Assembly: GCA_017526785.1 (NCBI GenBank)
Contig: JAFXQV010000031.1
Coordinates: forward strand, 38,624 to 102,623
Length of the DNA stretch: 64,000 nucleotides
DNA from: Oscillibacter sp.
GTDB taxonomy: Bacteria > Bacillota > Clostridia > Oscillospirales > Oscillospiraceae
Direction of reading: 5' to 3'
Positions 44,107 through 52,065 of this stretch are shown piece after piece; the first letter of the stretch is position 1, and every line of letters begins with the position of its first letter. The position numbers and the translations under genes were made by a program. The notes under the pieces are model-generated. The model was not told where the DNA came from and did not search any database. It saw only the letters and a program-made list of their open reading frames with translations.

Positions 44107-45416
44107 TGAAGGGGGCGGAGACTTTGGACGAAAAGGAACTGGAATCGGCAATAGAGGGCATTTTGTTCGCCTCCGGGGAGCCGATACACATTGAGCGAAT
44201 CTGTTTCGCGCTGTCGATAGAGCGCGGCGACGCCGAACGCGCGTTACGCCGCTTACAGGATTATTACGCCTTTGAGCGGCGCGGCATGCGCCTGTTACGG
44301 ATGGAAGACCGCTGGCAGTTGTGTTCGTCGCCAGACCACGCCGACGCGATACGGAAAGCGTTTGAAATCCGCAAGCCCGCGAAACTCAGTCAGCCGGCCT
44401 TGGAGGCCTTGACGATAATCGCCTACTACCAACCGACGACACGCGCCTACGTCGACAAACTGCGCGGCGTGGACAGCGCCTACACGGTGGGCTTACTGCT
44501 GGAACGCGGGCTAATCGAGACCTGCGGCAACCTGCAAGCGCCCGGGCGGCCGTTACTGTACCGGACGACTGAAAAATTTCTGCGTTCGTTCCACATCAGC
44601 AGTCTGAACGAGTTGCCGCCGCTGAACGAGGACGACATCCCGCCGCAACAGTTGAAGATAGAGGACATGCGGACGGTCGAAAAGCTGGACAAGCCGGAAG
44701 GCGTCGCGGAAGTGGAAACCGTGGAGACGCCGGAGACTGTCCCGGAAGCGAACGCGCCGGAGAACGTCCCGGAAGCGAACGCGCCGGAAATTGTCCCGCA
44801 ACCGGAAAGCGTCGACGAACCGGAACCGCCGGAGGCCGTCGCGGAACCGGACACGCCGGAAGTTGTCCCGCAACCGGAAAGCGTCGACGAACCGGAACCG
44901 CCGGAGGCCGTCGCGGAACCGAACGCGCCGGAAGTTGTCCCGCAACCGGAAAGCGTCGACGAACCGGAACAGCCGGAGACCGTCCCGGAACCGGAAGCAA
45001 TGCCGGAACCGGAAAGCGCCGACGAAACGACACGCCCGCCACGGGAATTGATGGCGGTCTCGTATCCGCGCCTGCTGGCACCGCGTCCGGAACCCGTACG
45101 GCGTCGCGCCGCCGCCCGGACGCCGTACCGCATGGCGGGGACGTTCCGCACACCCCGCAAGCGTCCCGGACGCAAGCGGCGCAAGTCCCGGCGAATCGTC
45201 CGGCCGCGCCGCGCAACCGCCCCGCAAGCGCCACTTGTCGCAAATCCCCCGGAAGCGTCCCGCGACACCAGCGCCCCGGAAGCGTCACCGGAGACTAACG
45301 CGCCGGAAGCGTCACGCGCCGCGCCGCGCCGGAAATTGTCCTCTAAAACTGTGAGGAGGTGTTTTCATTGCCTGCTCTGTGGGTGCTGGCTGTCTTGGCC
45401 GTTCTGCTCGCTCTGA
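44106..45416 (+). CDS. scpB: Segregation and condensation protein B with a roughly 240-aa Pro/Glu-rich repeat, basic and hydrophobic C-terminal extension
   Basis: The ATG overlaps the scpA stop (TAATG). The first 190 or so aa are ScpB-like (AIEGILFASGEPI..., QPALEALTIIAYYQPTTRAYVDKLRGVDS, GRPLLYRTT.KFL). The ORF then continues 240 aa further and overlaps the next gene by 58 nt. Confidence 0.8.
   Translation: MKGAETLDEKELESAIEGILFASGEPIHIERICFALSIERGDAERALRRLQDYYAFERRGMRLLRMEDRWQLCSSPDHADAIRKAFEIRKPAKLSQPALEALTIIAYYQPTTRAYVDKLRGVDSAYTVGLLLERGLIETCGNLQAPGRPLLYRTTEKFLRSFHISSLNELPPLNEDDIPPQQLKIEDMRTVEKLDKPEGVAEVETVETPETVPEANAPENVPEANAPEIVPQPESVDEPEPPEAVAEPDTPEVVPQPESVDEPEPPEAVAEPNAPEVVPQPESVDEPEQPETVPEPEAMPEPESADETTRPPRELMAVSYPRLLAPRPEPVRRRAAARTPYRMAGTFRTPRKRPGRKRRKSRRIVRPRRATAPQAPLVANPPEASRDTSAPEASPETNAPEASRAAPRRKLSSKTVRRCFHCLLCGCWLSWPFCSL
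44784..44999 (+). repeat. Three copies of a 72-bp in-frame tandem repeat (PE.VPQPESVDEPEPPEAVAEP...)
   Basis: Copies start at 44784, 44856 and 44928, read directly from the sequence. Confidence 0.9.
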
Positions 45417-45988
45417 TACTCTCCACGCGCCTGCGGGTACTCTTCTCCGCCGACGACAGCGCCCTGACGCTGGAAATACGCGCCGGATTCTTTCGTTACC
45501 GAGTCCTCCCCGCGCCGGAACGGGAAAAGCCCGAAAAAGAATCTCCCCCGAAAGAGCCGGAAAAGCCCTCCCCGAAACGTACCCCCGCCGAAACCGCCCA
45601 ACGGCTTTTGTCACTCGTCCGGCGTGTCTGGGAACCCGTGACGGCGGCTCTGCGCCGCATTCACGGCGCGGTACGCGTCGACCCGCTGACGGTACACGTC
45701 ACCTACGGCGGGCGCGACGAACCCGCCGACGCCGCCATTTACTGCGGCAACACAATAGCGGCCGTCTGGGCGGTCATGCCGACGCTGGAACGCCTCTGCA
45801 AAATTCCGCGCCCGCGTATCACCGTCGACACCGATTTTGACGCGTCCAACTCGCGCCTGCAAGCTCAAATCGGCCTGACCCTGCGCGTCTGGGCTTTGCT
45901 AATCTCCCTCCTCCCTCTGCTGGGACTCCTGCGGAAATACAAGAACACCGAAAGGACGGATTCTCATGGAAAAGAAGAACTCTCTTGA
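45359..45988 (+). CDS. DUF2953/YtfI-like sporulation-associated membrane protein
   Basis: 209 aa. N-terminal TM helix and VDTDFD...LQAQIGLTLRVW, the typical DUF2953 pattern. Followed by a GerW/YtfJ gene, as in Bacillus ytfIJ. Confidence 0.65.
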   Translation: MFSLPALWVLAVLAVLLALILSTRLRVLFSADDSALTLEIRAGFFRYRVLPAPEREKPEKESPPKEPEKPSPKRTPAETAQRLLSLVRRVWEPVTAALRRIHGAVRVDPLTVHVTYGGRDEPADAAIYCGNTIAAVWAVMPTLERLCKIPRPRITVDTDFDASNSRLQAQIGLTLRVWALLISLLPLLGLLRKYKNTERTDSHGKEELS

Positions 45989-46370
45989 AGATTTGATGCG
46001 CTCCACGCTCGACCGGGTGCGGGAAATGGCCGATGTCAATACCATTGTCGGCAAGCCCATTACCACGCCCGACGGCGTGACGCTGATTCCGGTATCCCGC
46101 GTGAGTTTCGGCTTCGGGAGTGGCGGCGGCAGTTACGGCAAAACGTCCGACGGCTTCGCCGGGGGCGGTACCGCCGGCGTCAAGATTGACCCCGTGGCGT
46201 TCCTGACCGTCCGCGACGGTATCACGCGGGTGTTGCCCGTGGCCGCGCCGCCGCTCAACACCGTTGACCGTATCGTCGACGCCGCCCCCGATATTATGGC
46301 AAGGGTGGAAAATTATTTCGATAAAAATCACGAGCGCAAAGCCCGCGGACAGGAAACGGAAGCCGAGTAA
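45966..46370 (+). CDS. ytfJ: GerW/YtfJ-family sporulation protein
   Basis: 134 aa. Contains VGKPITTPDGVTLIPVSRVSFGFGSGGG...GGGTAGVKIDPVAFL. Confidence 0.88.
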   Translation: MEKKNSLEDLMRSTLDRVREMADVNTIVGKPITTPDGVTLIPVSRVSFGFGSGGGSYGKTSDGFAGGGTAGVKIDPVAFLTVRDGITRVLPVAAPPLNTVDRIVDAAPDIMARVENYFDKNHERKARGQETEAE

Positions 46371-46401
46371 CGGGGTATAATGACCTCTGAGGTGAAATGC
46401 C

Positions 46402-47811
46402 ATGGTAAAAACACACGTCAGCCGTATTTTGACGCTGGTTTTGTTGTTGTCGCTTCTCCCGGTGACATACCCGGCGCGGGCGCTGGAAACCTCCGCCTCC
46501 GCCGCGATTCTGCTGGACGCCTCCACCGGACAAGTCCTCTACGAGAAAAACCCCGACAAACAAATGCTTATCGCAAGCACCACCAAAATCATGACGGCGC
46601 TTGTGGCACTCCGCGACGGCAAAATGACCGATACCGTGACCGTCAGCCGGAACGCCGCCGGAACCGAGGGGTCGTCCATGTACCTGAAGGCCGGGGAGAC
46701 ACTCACGTTAGAGGCGTTGCTGTATGGCCTCATGCTCTCGTCGGGCAACGACGCGGCGGTAGCGATTGCGGAACACGTCGCCGGGAGCGTGTCGGCGTTC
46801 GCCGGGCGCATGAACGAAACGGCGCGGTCTCTGGAGATGTGGCACAGTTCCTTTGCCAACCCGCACGGCCTGAACCATCCCGACCACTACTCCACCGCCC
46901 GCGACATGGCGAAGTTAGCCAACGCCGCCATGAATAACGAAACGTTACGCCGGATTACGTCCACGAAAACTGTCACCTTGGCCGGGCGGAGCATGAAGAA
47001 CCACAACAAACTGTTATGGTCGCTGGAAGGCTGTATCGGCCTGAAAACCGGCTACACGAAGGCCGCCGGACGCACACTCGTTACCTGTTGCGAACGCGGC
47101 GGGCGGCGTCTGATTGCCGTGACGCTCAAAGACGGCGACGACTGGAACGACCACCGGAAAATGTACGAGTACGGCTTCTCAACGCCGTGGGAACCCGAAC
47201 CCGAAATTAGTTGGCCGACGCCGAAAAGCGTGGAAACGGCACCCGCAACGACCTCGCGCAATTTGACCGTCATGGGAAACTTTCTCGGGGAAGTCCCCGT
47301 CACGGGCGGACGCTGGGACACGGTTCCGCTGGTCGCCGGAACCACGCTCGGCGTACAGGTTCCCTTTGGCGCGGAAGTGAAAATCGGTATCGAACTCGAC
47401 AAGCCGCTGTCGGCTCCCGTACGGCTGGGCAGTAAGGCGGGCGTGGCGGTGTTCTACGTCAACGGCGCGGAGTGGGGACGCGTGGACGCCCTCGCCGGGG
47501 AGGAAGTCCCGGTAGCGCTCGAAACGGCGTCCGCGCCGCTGTCGGAACAGGAACTCTACGACATGGAACAGATGACCCCGCCACCGGATTCCGTGTACGA
47601 ACTCGAACAGGCGGCGGCGTGGGGGCAGCCCTACGGACACAGTCAGGAGGCCGTGGAACCGGTTTCTGTCGCGGTGAAAATCAAGCCCCCCGCGCCGGAC
47701 ATTCTGACGCCCACAAACGGCGACATTGTACAAGTAACGCCGTCCGCGCCGTACGCGTGGGAATCGGCGGTGCCGTCGGCGTGGGAACAGGCTCCCGCGT
47801 TCTTCGGCTGA
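46402..47811 (+). CDS. Serine-type D-Ala-D-Ala carboxypeptidase (PBP5/DacB-DacF family, S11) with extended C-terminus
   Basis: 469 aa. Signal peptide, IASTTKIMT (SxxK), SGND (SxN), KTGYT (KTG), and about 130 extra C-terminal residues. Confidence 0.9.
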   Translation: MVKTHVSRILTLVLLLSLLPVTYPARALETSASAAILLDASTGQVLYEKNPDKQMLIASTTKIMTALVALRDGKMTDTVTVSRNAAGTEGSSMYLKAGETLTLEALLYGLMLSSGNDAAVAIAEHVAGSVSAFAGRMNETARSLEMWHSSFANPHGLNHPDHYSTARDMAKLANAAMNNETLRRITSTKTVTLAGRSMKNHNKLLWSLEGCIGLKTGYTKAAGRTLVTCCERGGRRLIAVTLKDGDDWNDHRKMYEYGFSTPWEPEPEISWPTPKSVETAPATTSRNLTVMGNFLGEVPVTGGRWDTVPLVAGTTLGVQVPFGAEVKIGIELDKPLSAPVRLGSKAGVAVFYVNGAEWGRVDALAGEEVPVALETASAPLSEQELYDMEQMTPPPDSVYELEQAAAWGQPYGHSQEAVEPVSVAVKIKPPAPDILTPTNGDIVQVTPSAPYAWESAVPSAWEQAPAFFG

Positions 47812-47812
47812 C

Positions 47813-48517
47813 ATGGAAACGCGCGTACAAAAATTACTCGGCGCGGTCTGTTCGCGCCGCACGGCGGAGGCGTGGATTGCCGCCGGACGCGTCACCGTCA
47901 ACGGACAGCCCGCCGCCCCCGGGCAGAAGGCCGACCCCGACAAAGATACCATTCTACTGGACGGAAAGCCGCTACCCGGACGCGAACAAACAATTTATCT
48001 GATGTTGCACAAGCCGCCGGGGTACGTCTCGACCATGCGCGACACCCACGGGCGGCACACCGTCGCGGAACTCGTCCGCGACTGCGGAGAGCGCGTGTTT
48101 CCCGTCGGGCGGCTCGACTTCCAGTCGGAGGGACTGCTTCTCATGACCAACGACGGAAAATTGTCGTTCCGGCTGACGCACCCGGCGCATGAAGTCGAAA
48201 AAACGTACGAAGTCACGGTCTCCGGGGACTTGCAGAACGTCGCGGAGCGTCTCGCGGCCGTCCGTACGCTCGACGGCGGCGAAACTATCCGCCCGGCGCT
48301 TGTGCGCCTGTTGCGCGTCGCCCGCAGACGCGCCGTGCTGTCCGTGACCATCCATGAGGGCAAAAAGCGGCAAATCCGGCGGATGTGCGCGCAGTGCGGC
48401 TTACGCGTCACGCGTCTGCGGCGCGTCCGGGAACATACGCTCGATTTGGGCGGCCTGCCGCCGGGGAAGTGGCGGCGGCTCACCCCCGAAGAAGTCGCCG
48501 CGCTCTGGGAGGAATGA
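47813..48517 (+). CDS. rluB: rRNA pseudouridine synthase (RsuA/RluB family, S4 domain)
   Basis: 234 aa. N-terminal S4 domain (RVQKLLGAVCSRRTAEAWI..GRVTVNG), VGRLDFQSEGLLLMTNDG, and KKRQIRRM. Confidence 0.9.
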   Translation: METRVQKLLGAVCSRRTAEAWIAAGRVTVNGQPAAPGQKADPDKDTILLDGKPLPGREQTIYLMLHKPPGYVSTMRDTHGRHTVAELVRDCGERVFPVGRLDFQSEGLLLMTNDGKLSFRLTHPAHEVEKTYEVTVSGDLQNVAERLAAVRTLDGGETIRPALVRLLRVARRRAVLSVTIHEGKKRQIRRMCAQCGLRVTRLRRVREHTLDLGGLPPGKWRRLTPEEVAALWEE

Positions 48518-49380
48518 CCGTGCAAAAGAACATCCTGCGCATACTCGAACAGGACATGGAGCGCTTTTCCAAGGGACAAAAGCGGATTGCCCGGTACATC
48601 CTCGACCACGCCGAACACGCCGCCGCGCTGACGGCGGGGCGGCTGGGCGAACTCGCGCAAGTCAGCGAATCCACCGTTGTGCGGTTCGCCTCCGAACTCG
48701 GCTACGGCGGATACCCCGAAATGCAGAGGGCTTTACAGGACACCTTGCGAAGCCGTCTGACAGCCCCGGAACGCCTCCGCGACGCCGACACGCGCTTTTC
48801 GGATTTGCCCGGGGCGGCCGTCCGGCGCGACATGGAGACTTTGCGCCTCGTCGCCGCGCAGTCCAGCCGCGACGACTTCCGGCGCGTCGTCGAAAAAATC
48901 CTTTCGGCGCGGCATGTGTATATATTGGGGGTGCGCTCGTCGTCGTTCGTGGCGGGGTATCTGAACTTCTACCTTCACTTCCTGCTGGAACAGGTGACGC
49001 TCGTGCAGTCGAACGCCGCCGGGGAAATCTTTGAACAGTTGTTCAGAATCGGCGCGGGAGATGTCATGATTGCTATCAGTTTTCCGCGCTACTCCCCCGT
49101 GACCGTCAATACCGTCAAGTTCGCCCGTGACCGGGGCGCGTCCATTGTCGCCGTGACGGACAACGTACAGTCCCCGGTTCACGCGCTCTCGGACGCGTCG
49201 TTACTCGTTCCCTGCGAGATGATATCGTTCGTCGACTCGATGGTAGCGCCGCTGTCCATGATGAACGCGTTACTTGTGGAACTGGCGCACCGCCTGAACG
49301 CCGACGCCTCGGAGGCCTTTTCCCGCTTGGAGGATATCTGGAACGAGTACGGCGTCTTTGGGCGCGCGGATGAGGAGTGA
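48514..49380 (+). CDS. MurR/RpiR-family transcriptional regulator (HTH plus SIS)
   Basis: 288 aa. The start overlaps the rluB stop (ATGA). Contains FSKGQKRIARYILDH...LGELAQVSESTVVRFASELGYGGYPE, followed by an SIS domain. Confidence 0.85.
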   Translation: MTVQKNILRILEQDMERFSKGQKRIARYILDHAEHAAALTAGRLGELAQVSESTVVRFASELGYGGYPEMQRALQDTLRSRLTAPERLRDADTRFSDLPGAAVRRDMETLRLVAAQSSRDDFRRVVEKILSARHVYILGVRSSSFVAGYLNFYLHFLLEQVTLVQSNAAGEIFEQLFRIGAGDVMIAISFPRYSPVTVNTVKFARDRGASIVAVTDNVQSPVHALSDASLLVPCEMISFVDSMVAPLSMMNALLVELAHRLNADASEAFSRLEDIWNEYGVFGRADEE

Positions 49381-49386
49381 ACACGT

Positions 49387-50712
49387 TTGGGACAAGTGGT
49401 AGTTATCGGCGGCGGGGCGTCGGGCATGATGGCGGCCGCGACGGCGGCGGAGTACGGCGCGGCGGTCACGCTTCTGGAACCTAACGAGCGCCTCGGAAAA
49501 AAACTCAACATCACCGGAAAGGGGCGTTGCAATCTGACCAACGACGCCGACCGGGAAACCCTGTTGGCCTCGATTCCGCGCAACGGGCGATTTCTCTACA
49601 GTGCGTTCTCCCGCTTCGCCCCGCGCGACACCATGGCCTTTTTTGAATCGCTGGGCGTGCCGCTGAAAGTCGAGCGCGGGCGGCGCGTGTTCCCGGTCTC
49701 GGACAGGGCTTTCGATGTCAGCGCGGCTCTCGAACGGCGTTTGAAAGCGCTGCGCGTCAAGATTGTGCGAGACCGCGCCGTGTCCGTGGAGACGGACGCC
49801 GACCGCGTGGAGGGCGTCACGGGCGAACGCGGACATTACGCGGCCGACGCCGTGATACTGGCGACGGGCGGCGTGTCGTATCCCGCGACGGGTTCCACCG
49901 GGGAGGGACACCGTATCGCCCGGGAACTCGGCCACACCGTCACGCCCTTGCGCGGCTCACTGGTGCCGCTCCGCGAACGCGGCAGCCGTTGCGCGAAAAT
50001 GCAGGGGCTGACGTTGCGGAATGTCGGCCTGACCGTCTGGGAGTGCGACGGCGGAAGTCAGACGGAAAAGCGTCTGTATACGAGTTTCGGGGAACTGCTG
50101 TTTACGCACTTCGGCGTCAGTGGGCCTCTGATACTGTCGGCGTCGGCGCACATGCGGCGCTTTGACGCTTGCCGCTATCGGCTGGAAATCGACCTGAAAC
50201 CCGCCCTTGACCCCGACACACTCGATAAGCGGTTACTGTCCGATTTCCGCAAGTACGCGAATCAGGACTTGTCCAACGCCTTAAACGACCTGTTGCCCCG
50301 GAAGCTGATACCCGTTATTATAGAAGACAGCGGCATTCCGCCGACTGTCAAGGCGCGTGACTTGACGCGCGTACAGCGGCGCGAACTGCTCCGGCTCTTG
50401 AAAGCCTTCCCCGTTGACATTGCCGGGACGCGGCCTGTCACGGAAGCCGTCGTCACGTCGGGCGGCGTGGAGGTGTCGGAAGTCAACCCGAAAACGATGG
50501 AATCCCGCCGCGTTCGCGGGCTCTACTTCGCCGGGGAACTGCTCGACGTGGACGCCTACACGGGCGGCTATAATCTGCAGATTGCGTGGTCAACCGGGTA
50601 CGCCGCCGGACTTGCCGCCGCGAACGCCGCGCCCCTCTCCCACATAGGCGGGAAGGCAAGAGATATCACTTACGAAAGGAATCACGATGAAACATTACAG
50701 CGTTGCGATTGA
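49387..50712 (+). CDS. HI0933/BaiN-family NAD(P)/FAD-dependent oxidoreductase
   Basis: 441 aa, TTG start. Contains VVVIGGGASGMMAA (dinucleotide fold), KLNITGKGRCNLTN, GGVSYP.TGS and GEL.DVDA.TGGYNLQ. Confidence 0.85.
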   Translation: MGQVVVIGGGASGMMAAATAAEYGAAVTLLEPNERLGKKLNITGKGRCNLTNDADRETLLASIPRNGRFLYSAFSRFAPRDTMAFFESLGVPLKVERGRRVFPVSDRAFDVSAALERRLKALRVKIVRDRAVSVETDADRVEGVTGERGHYAADAVILATGGVSYPATGSTGEGHRIARELGHTVTPLRGSLVPLRERGSRCAKMQGLTLRNVGLTVWECDGGSQTEKRLYTSFGELLFTHFGVSGPLILSASAHMRRFDACRYRLEIDLKPALDPDTLDKRLLSDFRKYANQDLSNALNDLLPRKLIPVIIEDSGIPPTVKARDLTRVQRRELLRLLKAFPVDIAGTRPVTEAVVTSGGVEVSEVNPKTMESRRVRGLYFAGELLDVDAYTGGYNLQIAWSTGYAAGLAAANAAPLSHIGGKARDITYERNHDETLQRCD

Positions 50713-51364
50713 CGGCCCCTCCGGCGCGGGGAAAAGTACGCTTGCGCGGGCGGTCGCCGGGAAATTCGGCTTTCTGTACGTGGACACGGGCGCGATTTAC
50801 CGTACCGTGGGACTGTCCGCACTGCGGGCGGGCGTTGACCCGAAAGACGCCGGGGCGGTCACGGCACTGTTGCCGGAAACGCGTGTCGAACTTTCCCACG
50901 CCGACGACGGCCTACAGCATATGTACCTCAACGGCGAGGACGTGACGGAACAGATACGGACGCCGGAAGTGTCTATGGCGGCGTCGGCGGTGGCGGCGTA
51001 CGCGTCGGTACGGGCGTTTCTCATGGACGCCCAGCGCGATTTGGCCAAGACGCACAACGTCGTCATGGACGGGCGCGACATTGGCACGGTCGTGCTTCCC
51101 GACGCGGACGTGAAGATATTTTTAACGGCGTCGGCGCAGGAACGGGCGTGGCGGCGTACGCTGGAACTGTCAAAGCGCGGCACGCCCAAGCCGTATGAAG
51201 AAGTGCTTGCCGAACTCGAAGCCCGCGACCGCGACGACGCGAACCGTACCGAAGCGCCGTTGCGTCAGGCCGCCGACGCCGTGCGGCTCGACAACACACA
51301 ACTGACCTTTCAGGAGACCGTGGACGCGATGTCGGAGATTATACAGGGGAGAATCGACGTATGA
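50687..51364 (+). CDS. cmk: Cytidylate kinase
   Basis: 225 aa. Contains IAIDGPSGAGKST and DTGAIYR. Confidence 0.95.
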   Translation: MKHYSVAIDGPSGAGKSTLARAVAGKFGFLYVDTGAIYRTVGLSALRAGVDPKDAGAVTALLPETRVELSHADDGLQHMYLNGEDVTEQIRTPEVSMAASAVAAYASVRAFLMDAQRDLAKTHNVVMDGRDIGTVVLPDADVKIFLTASAQERAWRRTLELSKRGTPKPYEEVLAELEARDRDDANRTEAPLRQAADAVRLDNTQLTFQETVDAMSEIIQGRIDV

Positions 51365-52023
51365 ACCGTGAGACGCCGGAGAAAATCAAGCCCACCAACG
51401 CGTTTTATGTGCTGGCGTACTGGCTGATTAAAATTTACGCGGCGATTGTCCACCCGGTGAGGGTGGAGGGGCTGGAACGCCTGCCGCGACACAACGTGTT
51501 ACTGTGTCCGAACCACTCCAGCGACTGGGACCCGCTACTGATTGCGGTCAACCTGCCCGTGAATTACCGCTTGCACGCAATGGCGAAAGCGGAACTGTTT
51601 GAAAATCCCGTGCTGGGCTGGATTCTGCGTACATTGGGCGTGTTCCCGGTACAGCGCGGCGGCGCGGATATCAAGGCCGTCAAGACCGCCATTCAGATTC
51701 TGCGCGACGGCGACAACCTGATGATTTTCCCGGAGGGTACGACCATCCGGAACGGCGTGGGCTACATGGACGGACTGCCGCCGCGAGCCAAAAGCGGTGC
51801 CGTCATGATTGGGAGCCGGACGGGCGCGGCACTGGTTCCGGTGTTTGTCGACGGCCCCAAAAAGCCGTTCCACAAAACGCGGCTGATTTTCGGGGAGGCG
51901 TACCCGTTCCACCCGGCCGGACGCCGCGCCAGCGCCGAGGAAATGCAGGCGGCGGCCGATGAAATGTTAGTGCGGGCGTACGCGCTGGGCGGACAGGCCG
52001 TCGGCGGCGCGCCGCTTGCATAA
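51361..52023 (+). CDS. plsC: 1-acyl-sn-glycerol-3-phosphate acyltransferase
   Basis: 220 aa. Contains NHSSDWD (HX4D) and FPEGT. Confidence 0.9.
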   Translation: MNRETPEKIKPTNAFYVLAYWLIKIYAAIVHPVRVEGLERLPRHNVLLCPNHSSDWDPLLIAVNLPVNYRLHAMAKAELFENPVLGWILRTLGVFPVQRGGADIKAVKTAIQILRDGDNLMIFPEGTTIRNGVGYMDGLPPRAKSGAVMIGSRTGAALVPVFVDGPKKPFHKTRLIFGEAYPFHPAGRRASAEEMQAAADEMLVRAYALGGQAVGGAPLA

Positions 52024-52025
52024 AA

Positions 52026-52060
52026 CTTTCCCGCTTCCCCGGAACGGAGAAGCGGGAAAG
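52026..52060. terminator. Bidirectional terminator between plsC and the repeat-protein gene
   Basis: Perfect 12-bp stem CTTTCCCGCTTC/GAAGCGGGAAAG. Confidence 0.65.
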
Positions 52061-52065
52061 TCCGG

